Source: Microthyrium microscopicum
Lineage: Eukaryota
Direction: 5' to 3'
Assembly: GCA_010405405.1 (NCBI GenBank)
Contig: MU004230.1
Span: 2,948,627-3,012,626, forward strand
DNA length: 64,000 bases
Positions 13,701 to 24,832 of this stretch are shown piece by piece (the stretch's first letter is position 1; every line of letters starts with the position of its first letter). Both the position numbers and the translations under genes were made by a program. The notes under the pieces are model-generated. The model ran no database searches and was not told where the DNA came from. It was given only the letters and a program-made list of their open reading frames with translations.

Positions 13701-13934
13701 GCATCCACTCCCAATCTGCTTAGTGGTATGAACAGCTTTGCGGGCGGATCAACTCCGAATCTACTGGGTGGGATGGGCACACCGCAAATGAATGCTTATC
13801 AGCAGCGTAGCTCGACTTTGATGGAGGGGAGGTCTGTGGCTCCTCCTATGCAGCCTGCTTTTGCGGAGGCGTATCTTGATGTCAAGGGGCGGAATCGGAT
13901 TGATGAGTGGAGACAGAGTGTGCAGATGGGGTAA
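10758..13934 (+). CDS. Hypothetical fungal protein, 1058 aa, intronless, largely disordered with an M/G/Q/N-rich C-terminus
   Basis: Long ORF with ordered-looking blocks (LPPQLRASMFFE, LLDASTTAPVSAFTDHPFAG, PTTLLAELQYRK, DEDVPLG, IDEWRQSV). Confidence 0.85.
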   Translation: MPSNVQTSSNQTPGLSHSAANHASEPISVAQNRNPAIHNNESPNSFAAPTMPRATTSSHDHLLDHDEIVHSPADAPQAPRREQAIESEPASPPGESPIRNLQYFEVSSQQQQHQAIPASDLQVVNSSTWEEGREASMYEPQGQNGLQPMPSHYNAGLDPTMDRPTTAASTDTYQQAQTLFRDFDGVHYAPSILQPTVEEDDSRPDSKSSMLREPPPLDNPFPPPASGMVYYPAPVPTTLLLPQRLSKAAPTSIDAKRRSQMIQTLAPDARKSAIWLNERPGSIQAFPPEQEDDLSHLQALKARMSTLPPQLRASMFFENPATLQDVEIKDKSAVATLEDLLDASTTAPVSAFTDHPFAGKAGAAGVYKKEGRAKRQSRMPSGDVQKIQNRQSSHLISEAEDETKRQSSNPIIDTEKPKKRRSSFLGLRRFSVSSTDALNAPDSHLKKKSSRAFSFGGALDDTALNRAPDGTIIGGRSGATTPMLGNDPTGEEDDAEGGEEDDPDFPMPEDGELDYLPPTTLLAELQYRKKIQKTRNRTALESFPNGMHSTLLQMDAVAQVQKKKRQNARITLAWEDPDRVKATENAGGDDEDVPLGMLFAGNSKVTEQLKDQGMGGWDRPMGLLELREREENEPLSLRKARLRGENQFVSRGPSPSMFGAPLLQLNGEEAIESDDEPGESLAQRAQRLKTKKEDGQTNVEGRPISQAFSEELLGQFSASANNSKENLSPGVGDASSNRSASPEGEEETLGQRRARLQRQSQFPQPGPMATGSTAPHNVPQQRPVLRASTSLADLLHHVPVGATRKVSDKDLISGLPANSLLAKSEEVQAAKRERMSRQTSGHMLTQPLMDLGNLNRNSTANAPMNPGFRGGMYNNGGMYNIGFGGQAPATNTASMMDLRQSMYDLNAQRQMQGMSMYGMQQPQMMAYPNAYAGATNSMSPNMGMMGMGMGAGMSMPPVGMMGGMGVPAAYNQMQPMNNFQAASTPNLLSGMNSFAGGSTPNLLGGMGTPQMNAYQQRSSTLMEGRSVAPPMQPAFAEAYLDVKGRNRIDEWRQSVQMG

Positions 13935-15631
13935 TAGTTTTGGAGATATTCTAATTTGGTCTGCGTTGTGTTGGTGCATTTCAGCATGGCATTGTATGGA
14001 GTTTTGGTTTGGGTTTGGCATTTTCAAGTAGCGAGTGAGCGAATCTCGTTCGCATATCTTCTCATGTAAACAGAGGAAGTTGGCGAATCAGCAAAAATAA
14101 TAATGTTGGGTCTAGCTTGGGATTCTGGTAATAACGGCTCTCTGCATATGTTGGGCGGGTATTTTGATCGCGTTGCCCAACGGGGATATAACACGATTCA
14201 GCTAGTATAAACTTAACGTACTTCTCCGCAGTCAAAATCCAATGACACAGTATGGTCTTTCAAGGCCTGGTTAGACAAATCTTTATTCAGAAAACAACAC
14301 TCGACACGACATGCGTGAGCAGCTATATCATCAATGCAGCAGAATCTAGGTATTTCTCTTGAACTTATTTACATCAAGTATTTCCACCCCTTGCAATTAG
14401 GTACCTACCTAGGTTCATGAACGGAACGGTGCATATCAATTGACGCACATATATCTTTTCGCAATCCCTTGTCCAGTTTTGGCCTATCGAGATCTTTATG
14501 ATGAAACTATTACAATCCGAGATATACATCAACTACTACTACTGAAGATATGGATTTATTTGTAAGTCGTCATCTGCTGGCCGGCGCTAGCTTTAGGCGC
14601 GGGTGTTTGGCGCTAGTCATCTCGTGCTTCGTTAAAGAATTAGCGCGCTATTATTGGCTGCATAATGCATCATCGACTAAACAGGAAAGAGCAAGAGAGT
14701 CTACGGTAGAGGCCAGAACTGCAACTCTGCAACTCTTTGAGGGGAGGACTTGATGTATAACACATGTTACTCCCATTGAGAGTGCAGACAGTTGCTTAAG
14801 ATTGATCAAGATGGTGGAATAATTGTACTCTCGTAATAACGTGCGGTACTATCCATTGTAGGTGTTACGTATGTGTCGTGTTTTGTCACCCTGTCGCGCT
14901 ACTTCACCGCGAACTTGTGGCTACTTTACGCTGCTCTGATTTCCTGTAATATTATAGGCACTAGTTGCCAATACATAGTCCATATACTACACTCTTTTGA
15001 CGTGGTAGAGCGGTAGACTGATATCGCGCTTAATTCTTTTTATAGCTCTCAACCCTGTGCGCTGCGCTTGACCTTTTGGGCAGATAATAAACTCGAAAGT
15101 ACGGAAAGGGCAAAGGCCAGACCAGGCAGGCGCTACGGAGTTTGCTGCTGGGGGATTTGCTCAGAGAGTGACGGACGGCTCTTGCCTTGTGCTGGCCTGC
15201 AACTGCAACTGCAAGTGGACTGCACCAGTGCCAAGACTGCTCCTGCCTGCTCCTGAGGTGGAGGCGACTTTCTCCGAGCGCCAACTTCGAACTCAACAGT
15301 GAAGACGACACTTTAAACCAACACCACCAACATCTTCGCTCCCCAATAACTCTATTCCCAACTCGCAATTCTCCCGAGTGCTCTATATCCGCGCCACCGC
15401 TATTCTTCCCCACCACTCCTCGTTTCGTCCTCTTCCCGCGCCGCCTCCTCACGTCGCGAACTCCTCATCCACGTGCCCAAGACCCCAAAGACCACCCTCG
15501 CCACTACCTCATCGCATCCACCAACAAATTCGCTGTCGAAGTCCTTTTTCTCGCGTTGCCCTTGCCGGGCAGAGCCGGTCCGGGCTCTTGAATAAACCCC
15601 TAGTTGGCTAGTTTCTCGACGAGGTGCAGCC

Positions 15632-18544
15632 ATGGAGAAGAGACGTGTCAAGGTACGGACAACTCGCCGCGCCCCGTTACTTCATACTAACAGTTACAGG
15701 TGTATACCTTGGTCGCGAGTGATTGGTAAATATTATAACCGGATCGCGACAATGACCTTGGATTAACCGATACTCTAGGTTTGACAAAGGCACTGGCTTT
15801 TGTGTTGGCACAGTCGTCAATGTGAGTTATAACATTGCGCGCGCACGTCGCACTTTGACAGCATACTGATCTCTTTGCAGGATGAAGCGCGAATACACGT
15901 GCAGTCCGAAGACGAGCCCGAACGAACACTTTTAGACACGATAATCAGCAAAGATGATGGATATCAGAAACAGCAAGGTAAACTTGACGTCACGACCCCT
16001 CAACAACTGCTAATCGTCATTTAGACACCCTGATAGTATGGACAGATCAAAATGTTACGGACATGGCGCTCAGCTTCCAAGAGGCCGAGGGATGTGCGGC
16101 GATCTGGTATGCCGTCATACTCACCGCAAGTCATGCGCAATGCTAATGATCAAATAGGGAATTTGTCAGTGAAGCTCAGGCGAAGATGGGAGTTAACAGT
16201 AACAATGGTAGGAAAATAGATCCTCGCTTGTTCTGTATGCAGCTAACAACTATGCAGACGATGGACTATCGGACGAAATCCTCGACGGAAGCCAGCTAAA
16301 TCTTCCCGAACCCGAAATGGGTAGTATTAGCGAGATAGAAAATACCATGCGAATGGCAAACAACAGCACAGGTGGTCGAGAAGCGCTTGCAAAGTTTGTG
16401 GTTCAAAACGAGTACATATCAAAACTGGTACCACTCGTTGAAACTGCCGAAGACTTGGAGAGCCTAAACGATTTGCATCGACTCTGCAATATCATGAAGA
16501 CCATAATTCTACTCAACGACAATGCGATCATGGAGCAAGCCGTTCGTGATGATCTGATCCTAGGAGTCGTGGGCGCATTGGAATATGACCCTGATTTTCC
16601 AAGTCACAAGGCCAACCATCGTAAATATCTTTCCAACGCGTCACGGTTCAAGCAAGTCATCAAAATGGACGATGCAGCTGTCGAACAAAAGATCCATCAA
16701 ACATATCGACTACAATACCTCAAAGATGTCGTTCTCGCCCGCATAATAGACGATCCTACATTCTCCGTTCTCAATTCCCTCATATACTTCAACCAAATCG
16801 AAATCGTACAACATGTGCAGTCAAGTCAGAACATCCTCAAGGCACTTTTTGGAATATTCAGAGAGCCAACCGAAGATCCGCAACGAAAGAAGAATGCTGT
16901 TTTATTTATACAACAGTGCTGTCAAATTGCGAAAGGACTGCAACCGCCCGGGCGGCAAAGCTTGTTCAACAACTTTGTTCAATCCGGTCTTTTCCAAGTC
17001 ATCACATTTGCTCTTAAGCATTCGGAGCCTCAAATACGAGTAGCAGGCACGGAGATACTTATTGCGTTGATCGACCATGATAACCTGTTTCTTCGGGGCC
17101 AGATCTTCAAAGCGGTTAACGAGAAGTCCAAGCCGCTGACGGATACGCTCATCGAATTATTGTTACAGGAGCCGGATCTGGGAGTAAAAGCACAAATGGC
17201 GGATGCGATCAAAATATTACTGGACCCAGTGCTAAATGCTCAGTCCATCGACCACATGAGTCGCACCAATGCGGAAGTGATGGCGAAATTTCGAGGACCC
17301 AATATCATGTCAAACGGGAACAACGAATTTGTTCAAGCATTTTACGACGAGTCCTCAAAGAAACTGTTCAAGCCACTTCGAGACTTGGTTCATCGAGAAA
17401 CAAGTATGCTCATAATTTCCCTCAAATCATAATATACTAACTTCATGCGTAGTGGCCGATTTGACACCACCGGAAAATGCACTATATGCCCATCTCGTCG
17501 AAACGCTCATGTATTTTCTAAGACAGCATGCTTTCCGGACGAAGGGATTCCTTCAAGTTAACGAATTGAACGCTAGAGTCGCTCAGCTTTTTAGCTCGCC
17601 GGAGAGATATTTGCAGCTCACGGCCTTGAAATACTTCAGAACATGTTTAGCCATGAACGATCCGTGGCATCAGCAACAAATGGTTGAGATTCGGGTCATG
17701 GAACCGATTTTGAACATATTGGTGGAAAGTATGCCACGAGACAATCTCCTCAATTCTGCCTGTCTGGACTTCTTTGAGTTTCTCCGTAGAGTAAGTAATC
17801 TTTTTCCCTATGTGTATCTTCCTTCACTAACAAATATAGGCGGATCACCTTAGAGAGATGGTGCAGCACCTGTTAGAAAACTTCAGAGAGCAGGTTGACA
17901 AACTGGCCTACTTTGAAACTTTCAAAGTTTTGGTAGCCAAATATGAACAGATGACGGCGCCTATTCCCGATGAGCTATCTTTTACCACCGTGGAAACCGA
18001 ACAACCTCGAAGCCAGATCGCTTCAAATGGTCAGAGATGGCAAGGACTTAGAGACGTGGATCCTGATGAAGAAGCCTACTTCAATAGTGATGAACAGGAA
18101 GAAGAAACAGTGTCCCCGAGCGCCACTCCCAAAACGCTGTCCAATGGCGCATCTCCACTGAAACCTCTGGTGGACTATCCAGATGACGATGATGATGAGC
18201 CAGAGATACCTGCCACAAATGGAGACCACGCAATAGCATCCAGCGACGAGAAGGAGAACTCGAGTCCATCAACAGCACGAAGCCAAACGCCTCCACCACC
18301 TGAACGACTGTCTGAAAAGCGGCGACGCGAAGAGGACGATGAAGACGATGAGCTAGGCCGCCTTGTCTCCCAGCCAAAGCGCCGCAGCTCACTCGGCAGT
18401 AACGGCAGCAACACCAGCTCGGCGAGCCAAACACTCAAGCGCAAGAAGAGCATGAGCACTGGCAAAGACGGCGCGGGCAAAAAGATTAATATCTCGCTTG
18501 CCGTCAAGCCAGAGAATGCGCAGGTCGAGGGCGAGTCGTCATAG
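15632..18544 (+). CDS. PSY2: Protein phosphatase 4 regulatory subunit 3 (Psy2/SMK-1), multi-exon
   Basis: Spliced N-terminus MEKRRVK/VYTL..DW/FDKGTGFC, then YQKQQ/DTLIVW, DMALSFQEAEGC, LEYDPDFP, RLQYLKDVVLAR, DNLLNSACL. Confidence 0.93.
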
Positions 18545-18780
18545 TGGACTACCCAGTCCTCTTCCTCCAGCTAACTTGCGTCTCGCACCCAACCTCCCTT
18601 TTCTACTTCGTCCCGATGCATGGTCGCGGTTCGGTTGATACCCCTTCGTTGTCGGCGAAATCGGTGTTTTTGTGACAAGAAACTTCGCGCACAGGGAGTT
18701 TCTTTGTCAAGGCGTTTTGCTCATCTTCTCCTCAACATCACCAACAAATACCCCATGAGGGGAAAACAGTCCATTGTTAC

Positions 18781-18855
18781 CCTTCTTCTTCTTTTTCTTC
18801 TTTTTCTTTTGCGCCCACTTGCATAAAGCCGTGTTGCTGTTGTTGTTGTTTTGTT
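18781..18855 (+). repeat. Simple (CTT)n/(TTG)n low-complexity tracts in the probable PSY2 3' UTR
   Basis: cttcttcttctttttcttc and gttgctgttgttgttgtt are directly visible. Confidence 0.6.
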
Positions 18856-19303
18856 TTAGTATTCCCAGTAGGCGCGCTATTCTTTTTGGTACACGTCCTG
18901 GGAGCATGGCTTGGGCTTTATTTATATATATTCTTTTGGCGGGATCAGAGTGCGTGGCATGGATTGTGCTATTGATGACTGAGTGGCGGCAATGTGGTTT
19001 GTAGCGACTATGAATATCAGATGATGGTTTGGGTGGTCAAACCGGATTGAATAGGAAATATCGATATTTTCATTCTGTGCTGATGCTTGTGCATAAGTGA
19101 GGACGATCGGCGAATGTTGCGACAATTCATGATGCCCGTTAACGACTTGCACGAAGCGGTAGCTTGCAAGGCCTTAGGTCACTAAGGGCTAGTGGCTTGG
19201 AGATGCACAACACCTACGAGATAGGTTCGAGGAAGACATGGGCAAAGTATTCAATACTATCCTGAAGGATTTCTTAATGAGGAGGAAACTGAGCAAATCG
19301 GCG

Positions 19304-19536
19304 ATCCCTTAACCTGTAGCGACATTGCGGCTTGAGCTAGCAAAGCCCGACAGCCAGTTACCAAGCAAGCTGTCAGCCACTTTCCAACAGTAGCGTCGAA
19401 ATAATTTGTATGTGAAGGGGTGATTTTGGGTGTGTTTTCGGGGCTGAGGCGTATTTTACGTTGGAAATCTTGCCTTCTTGAGTAAGGTGCCCGCGCACTA
19501 ATGCACCGTCGCTTTCTAGCGCCTACAGGTTAAGGG
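19304..19536. mobile_element. MITE-like element, copy 2 (inverted relative to copy 1)
   Basis: Perfect 14-bp TIR CCCTTAACCTGTAG (19306-19319) / CTACAGGTTAAGGG (19523-19536). Shares TTTGTATGTGAAGGGGTGATTTTGGG.GTGTTTTCGGGGCTGAGGCGTATT and AGTAAGGTGCCCGCGCACTAATGCA with copy 1. Confidence 0.75.
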
Positions 19537-20496
19537 TTATATAACCTTGGAAGTGAAGTTTGAATCGCAAGCCACAATCTCAGCCTTGCGTTATGTGATT
19601 GGCTCATTTTCATTTGCTCAGCCTTGTCAAACCTCCTGGTACCAACATAGCCAGCGCTTCATGTCTTCAGTACGTGAACGCATTAGTGAAAGACCTTAGT
19701 CCATTGATTTCATGGGGTAAAATATAGCGCGGAACAGTCGGAGCCAGCTACCGATATAGATCGACGTATCCTTGACCCCTTGAAGCCATTAGATTAATAA
19801 TAACACGAAGTTTAAAATATAAACTCCGCAAGCAAAAGCCAGTATGAGCACAGAACTCGATGTATATGTAGGAGAAATAGCGCAGTCTGATCTGAATCTC
19901 TGAGATTTTCCCTTTCCTAATATTCGAGCGAACAATCGTTCTAAACGATCTGGACTTGCGGTATAAGGTATACCCAATGCCCTATAAAAGCTTTAAATGA
20001 TAGCACCAATCTATAAGCAGTTTCCAACAATCAAAACTGGTCTTTTCTTTTCTTCTTAAACCCAATCTTTCAGGACTACTCCTGCAATGTAAGTCAGCGG
20101 TAGCTTGTCCAATTAGATATCCTACTCGCACATCACTCTAAATCTCAGACACTTGTAGCGCTTCCGAGCACCACCACGTGAGTTTTTAGTTCACATCTCT
20201 AGAATCGGCCCTTTCAGTTTTTGGGTTTCTACCGAGATTTGACGCCCAGAGATCGGATATTGAGAGACCGACGAAGATGCTCATTTGAACGTGCGCCTCT
20301 GAGTGGGCTGGCCTACGGCGAATTCTTTTCCCTGGTACCTGAAATCTTGCGCAATGAATGTACATCTAGTCACTTTGCCCTTTGCTCGAACTGTTGAACG
20401 GAAGAAAGCGTCTTGGGCAATGGTAGATGTATCAAATCGACTGCTTTCTCGTGCTCGCTCTTCCATCGTCAATATTTCATATTCGTAACCTATATC

Positions 20497-22583
20497 ATGC
20501 CAGCTTCATCGCTGCTATATGTCGCGCTGGTATGCAAAATAGTCGGAGTAGGCAAGTCTTCCCATCTGAAGCCAAGACAACGCATATAACAGCCTTTTTG
20601 ACTGACAAGTCTAGCGTCACTCGAACCAACAGCGGAACCAGGCTCGATCAGCTCAAGCTTTATACCCGAAAGAACCGGCAGCGCAACACCACACAATACA
20701 TACAATCCTACTCCATTGCCACGATCTGAGAATGATTCGCCGACAATCCCATCCACGCCGAATATCAAAGCGCTTGCAGGACCTGGCGATGGAGGAGGGC
20801 ATGGTAAAAAAGGACCACCAAAATCGCCTCCAAAAGGCAAAGGTCCAGTCCCAGTACCACATCTTGGCAATGGTGGAGTCCCAGTTTCTCACAGCAGTTG
20901 GCCAAGTGTAGGTCCAGCGGCGCCAAAGCATACTCCTGAAGATGACTCGGATGAAGAAGGATATGGCCCACCTCCTCCTCCTGCGCAGACAACAGTACAT
21001 CCTCCAAAGCCGATTACGCATGCTCCAAAGCCAAATACTACGCATCCTCCGAAGCCAGTAACTACGCCTCCGAGGCAGACAGGTCCACCGGGGCCTAAGC
21101 CTACTAACTACTGGAGCGGGATTTTTCAATGGCCTGGAAAAGGAGCACCTTGGTTGCAGGATGGGTCTCGGAATGGCACACAAAGTGGAAACAAGGGAGG
21201 CAATGGAGGGCGCAATGGAGGAGGAGCTGCTGCCGGTAGGTCAATGATGATCTAAAATTGCTATATTGAGCGCTGATGAAATGATCTAGGTCTCCCTGAC
21301 TTGGAGCTCCATGGCGGTGGTGGAATGCACAGAGAACAATTTTGCTCTTCGCTGATCGCTACTGCGTTCCCGAAGGTCATGATGTCCTTTGCCCAAGGGC
21401 ATCCAATTGCCTCCCAATCCGTTACCGTAACACTGCCAGGTTATGATCGCCCTGCGAACTCTTGGAAAGAGTGTATGCCGGCATATGGTCCGTTTGCATG
21501 GACTGGTGGGCGGGCGGCACCTTGGGGAGACGGACCACCGCCCGTAATTGTGGTTTCTGGAGGAAACCCATCCCCTGATGAAGAAGTCTGTAAAGCTGCA
21601 TCTGCTACTCTGGGTGAGCAAGTCCAGTCGGTTTTCGCTAGTGCTTCTTCGTCTAGAATTGCGCATACCGCGTATGGGCCGCTGGGCGGAAGAGCTACTG
21701 CAACAATACACGGCGGTCCTTGTATCAAGGCTAGCACTTATCCAAATGGCCGAGTCCCTGGAATATATCCTTCCACTGCTGTCAGTCACGGATCAGCGGT
21801 TCCTGGTGTTGCTCCTTCCACTGGTGTATCTGGCGCAACAATGACACCAGCCCAAACAGCCGCTCCAACGACAGAAAACAGCGCTGCGCCAACTCCAGAG
21901 GGTAAACTTGGGCCACTCGAAGTTATGACGGGAGACATCGCAATTTGCAGACAGTATCCCGATTTCCTGACTAACGATTGGAGTCATGTATACACGCTAG
22001 AACGACATACAGTGTTCAAATCGGATTGTTGGTGAGTTTTGACTGCTCGCATGCCGAGATGTACAAAGCAAGCTAATTGATATAGGACTGTGGCTTCTTT
22101 GCCCGGAGAAATGGGTTCTATCCAGGGCAGCAACATTTGGCTGCATGACTCAGAACATAATTGCTGGTTCCATGATCAATTGCTTGCAGATCCCGTCGAG
22201 AATATTTCAAAAAAGTTGCAGTATTGTAAAAGTCCGGGTCGCTTTGTCGCAGGATTATTGCCACAATACTCGAGGCAAGACTGTTATGACGGTCCATCGC
22301 TGGATGCGACTTCAGTGAATTTAGGATCTGGTGATTATGTGGATGTAAGCTGCCAGATATTTGGAGAAGAAGTACGAGGGAACCAGTAAGTTCGGTCCAA
22401 GATAGTGGAAGTGTACGTTGCTGATTGTGAAAGCACATGGATCAAAGCAACACAGGGCTGTTATATGCCCGGAGCCGTATTCGACGAGAGCAAATGGAGA
22501 GGTAAGTTCTAACTCTAAGGCCTGTCATGAATATCAGATATCCTCTAACAAGGCCAGGATCTGCTCTTCAACGCTGTACATAG
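20497..22583 (+). CDS. Putative secreted Pro/Gly-rich protein with two C-terminal Cys-containing SH3b-like modules
   Basis: Exons join in frame: MPASSLLYVALVCKIVGV/ASLEPT (GC-AG intron 20552-20614), ORFs 20716, 21301 and 22090, final exons TWIKATQGCYMPGAVFDESKWR/GSALQRCT*. Repeat pattern C..P....V.VSCQ..GE.V.GN..W.....CY. Confidence 0.7.
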
Positions 22584-22855
22584 ACAGATATTCCGCATTA
22601 TATACCTTCAGCCAAAGGACTGGCTTAAAATTTATATTTGTTTTCATCAGAAGCGCTACAGTTCCCAGTCCAAATGATATAGATATCGAGAAAAGAGCTA
22701 AAGATAAGCACGACACGATCGTTTATATGATAGGTCTTCATAAATTATTGCAGAGCTTATTATCTCGAAATATAACAGCTCAAAGCTGCCCTCTGCGACA
22801 TCAGATATTGTCTGATATGATAATACAGGTCAAGCCATTCGTGACCCTTTCGCGA

Positions 22856-24832
22856 CTACTTATGTCTCTTCTTATCCAGCTCTCCACCCGTCAACTTCAC
22901 CAGCGCTGGGAATACCTGAGATGCAAGTTAGCTTAACAATCGTTCATAGGTGACCTATCTCTCTTACTGGAGTTCCAAAACCGGTGACGGCATCCCACCC
23001 CTTGACTGCTGGAAAGCCTGGCGAGTCACAGCCAACGGCACTACCACCAGTGATATCCGTAAAACCAAAATGTCCTTTTTTATATAGCCAAGGATTTAGA
23101 AAACCAAGGGTTGGCTTTCCAGCAGCAATCAAAGCATCGTTGACCAAGGCAATGATACCAGAGAACAGTGGTGTAGAGGCACTTGTTCCACTGATTCTTT
23201 CTTCAGTTCCGTTCCAAAAGATCGCGAAGTTTTGGCCTTGTGCCGAGATATCTGGGAATGCTCTGCCAGATTTGTTGTACAAACCGTTGAATTTCCCGCC
23301 TAGTCCCTCGATATACTTGTGTACAGCATCGACCTGATACATTGGTTTGGGGAAATAGTTGGAGAATCCGCCTCCGCTCGAGTAAACACCTCCAATAGGA
23401 TTACCATTCGCGTCTAGGCTTCCACTGAATGCGGCAACTTCAGGTTGGAATTGATGCGTGGCTCCAACGGCAGTTACATAAGGACATGTTGCTGGAAATC
23501 CAGGGAGAAATCCGGTGGTGTTCGTATTCTGGAGTTTGCATCTCTTCCCGTTTGGCCCAACGCCATCATCACCAGAGGCAACCAACAAACTGATTCCTCG
23601 AGCACCAAGTTGAGCAAATCCTCGACAAACCCTCATGGCATAATCGAGTGGAACAGACTGCTCGTCATCGCCATAGCTTGTGGACACTACTGGCGGTGTG
23701 TCATCTTTGTCTAGCACGTAATTAATCCAGGTAAGATATGGCTCGTTGGTATTAGTTGTGCTCAAAGGTCCTGGAATAAAAGGTGGTTCTCCACCCGTCG
23801 AGTATGCGATCACTGGGGTAGGAGAGCTGATACCTAAAATAGCTTGCACGTCAAGATTTGCTTCTTGGGATATGCCCGTGAGAGCCTGCGCATATGTCAA
23901 AGGTCCGTCTTGCGTTGGCCCTCCGTCTATGGATATCTGCGGGAATGAATTGGCTTGCTCCAAAGCGTCCTTACGATACTTGTTGACAAATTCTAGAGCA
24001 TCTGGACGAATGGGGATCTCGCCCAAAAAGTTATTGAATCCGATGCTGTTTTCATCGTCCGATTGGACTTCGTAGTTCGCTGTCTTGTAAAGAGCCTGGA
24101 AGCATTGCGGAGTCACGAGAGTAATGTTGCACACTTTGGACAGTGTCGGATCTGAAGGAGGCACATAACCCTCCGGAATCTGTGCCTCCACGCCAAAACC
24201 AATCGTGTTACTCTTCCTAGGCTTGTAGCGCAGGAAAGAAGTTGTTGGCTGGATAGTGTCTATGTGCGCATGGAGATGCTGTGGAAGTGACCAGCCTAGT
24301 GTGCGAGCAAGTCTTGTGCCGTCTTCATGCTCATAGGCAGAATATTTAGTCTGTAACAAATTCTCAACATCTTTCAAGGGCAGTGATACGCGAATCCAAT
24401 CTTTAGCAGGGCTGTGTTCAAGTTGTTCTGTAGAGATTCCGCTCTGTTTTAGCCACGCATACACCAGATCCAGTGATTCCTTAGTCGGTTTGATCAGCTC
24501 AGTCACTTCTTTGCTACTAAGGTGCTGTCCATATCTAGCATGTTCAGGGTCGGAAACTGTTGCGTAAATTATCAGCCAGGATAAAGACGCACACTTGTAT
24601 TCAAGTTACCTTCATACAAATGTCGCTCGAGCTCGTCAAATCTGGATTGTTTGACCCCTATTTGTAGTTGGAGATGACTGTTGTCCGTTTCCAAAGGTAT
24701 CGCGGACCTTTTCCATCCTCTAGGTAGCGTGTGTCTTTCCCTGATCGTATAGGCACTTGTCGCTTGTACCGGAGTTCCAGACACCAGGTCCACCACCAAC
24801 GCAAAGAATGTGAGTTGCCAACTTCCCAACAT
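22856..24832 (-). CDS. Secreted sedolisin-family (S53) tripeptidyl-peptidase
   Basis: Signal peptide MLGSWQLTFFALVV, prodomain LYE/VSDP..YGQHLS, EANLDVQ, STSYGDDE, SGDDG, SGTSASTP, GWDAVTGFGTP; two introns. Confidence 0.93.

Noticed and set aside
15000..15060. TGGTAGAGCG resembling a tRNA D-arm
   Set aside because: No T-arm GTTCGA and no acceptor stem.
19395..19415. AATTTGT Sm-site-like motif suggesting an snRNA
   Set aside because: No U1/U2/U4/U5 signature sequences, the motif differs in the other copy, and the TIR structure favours a MITE.
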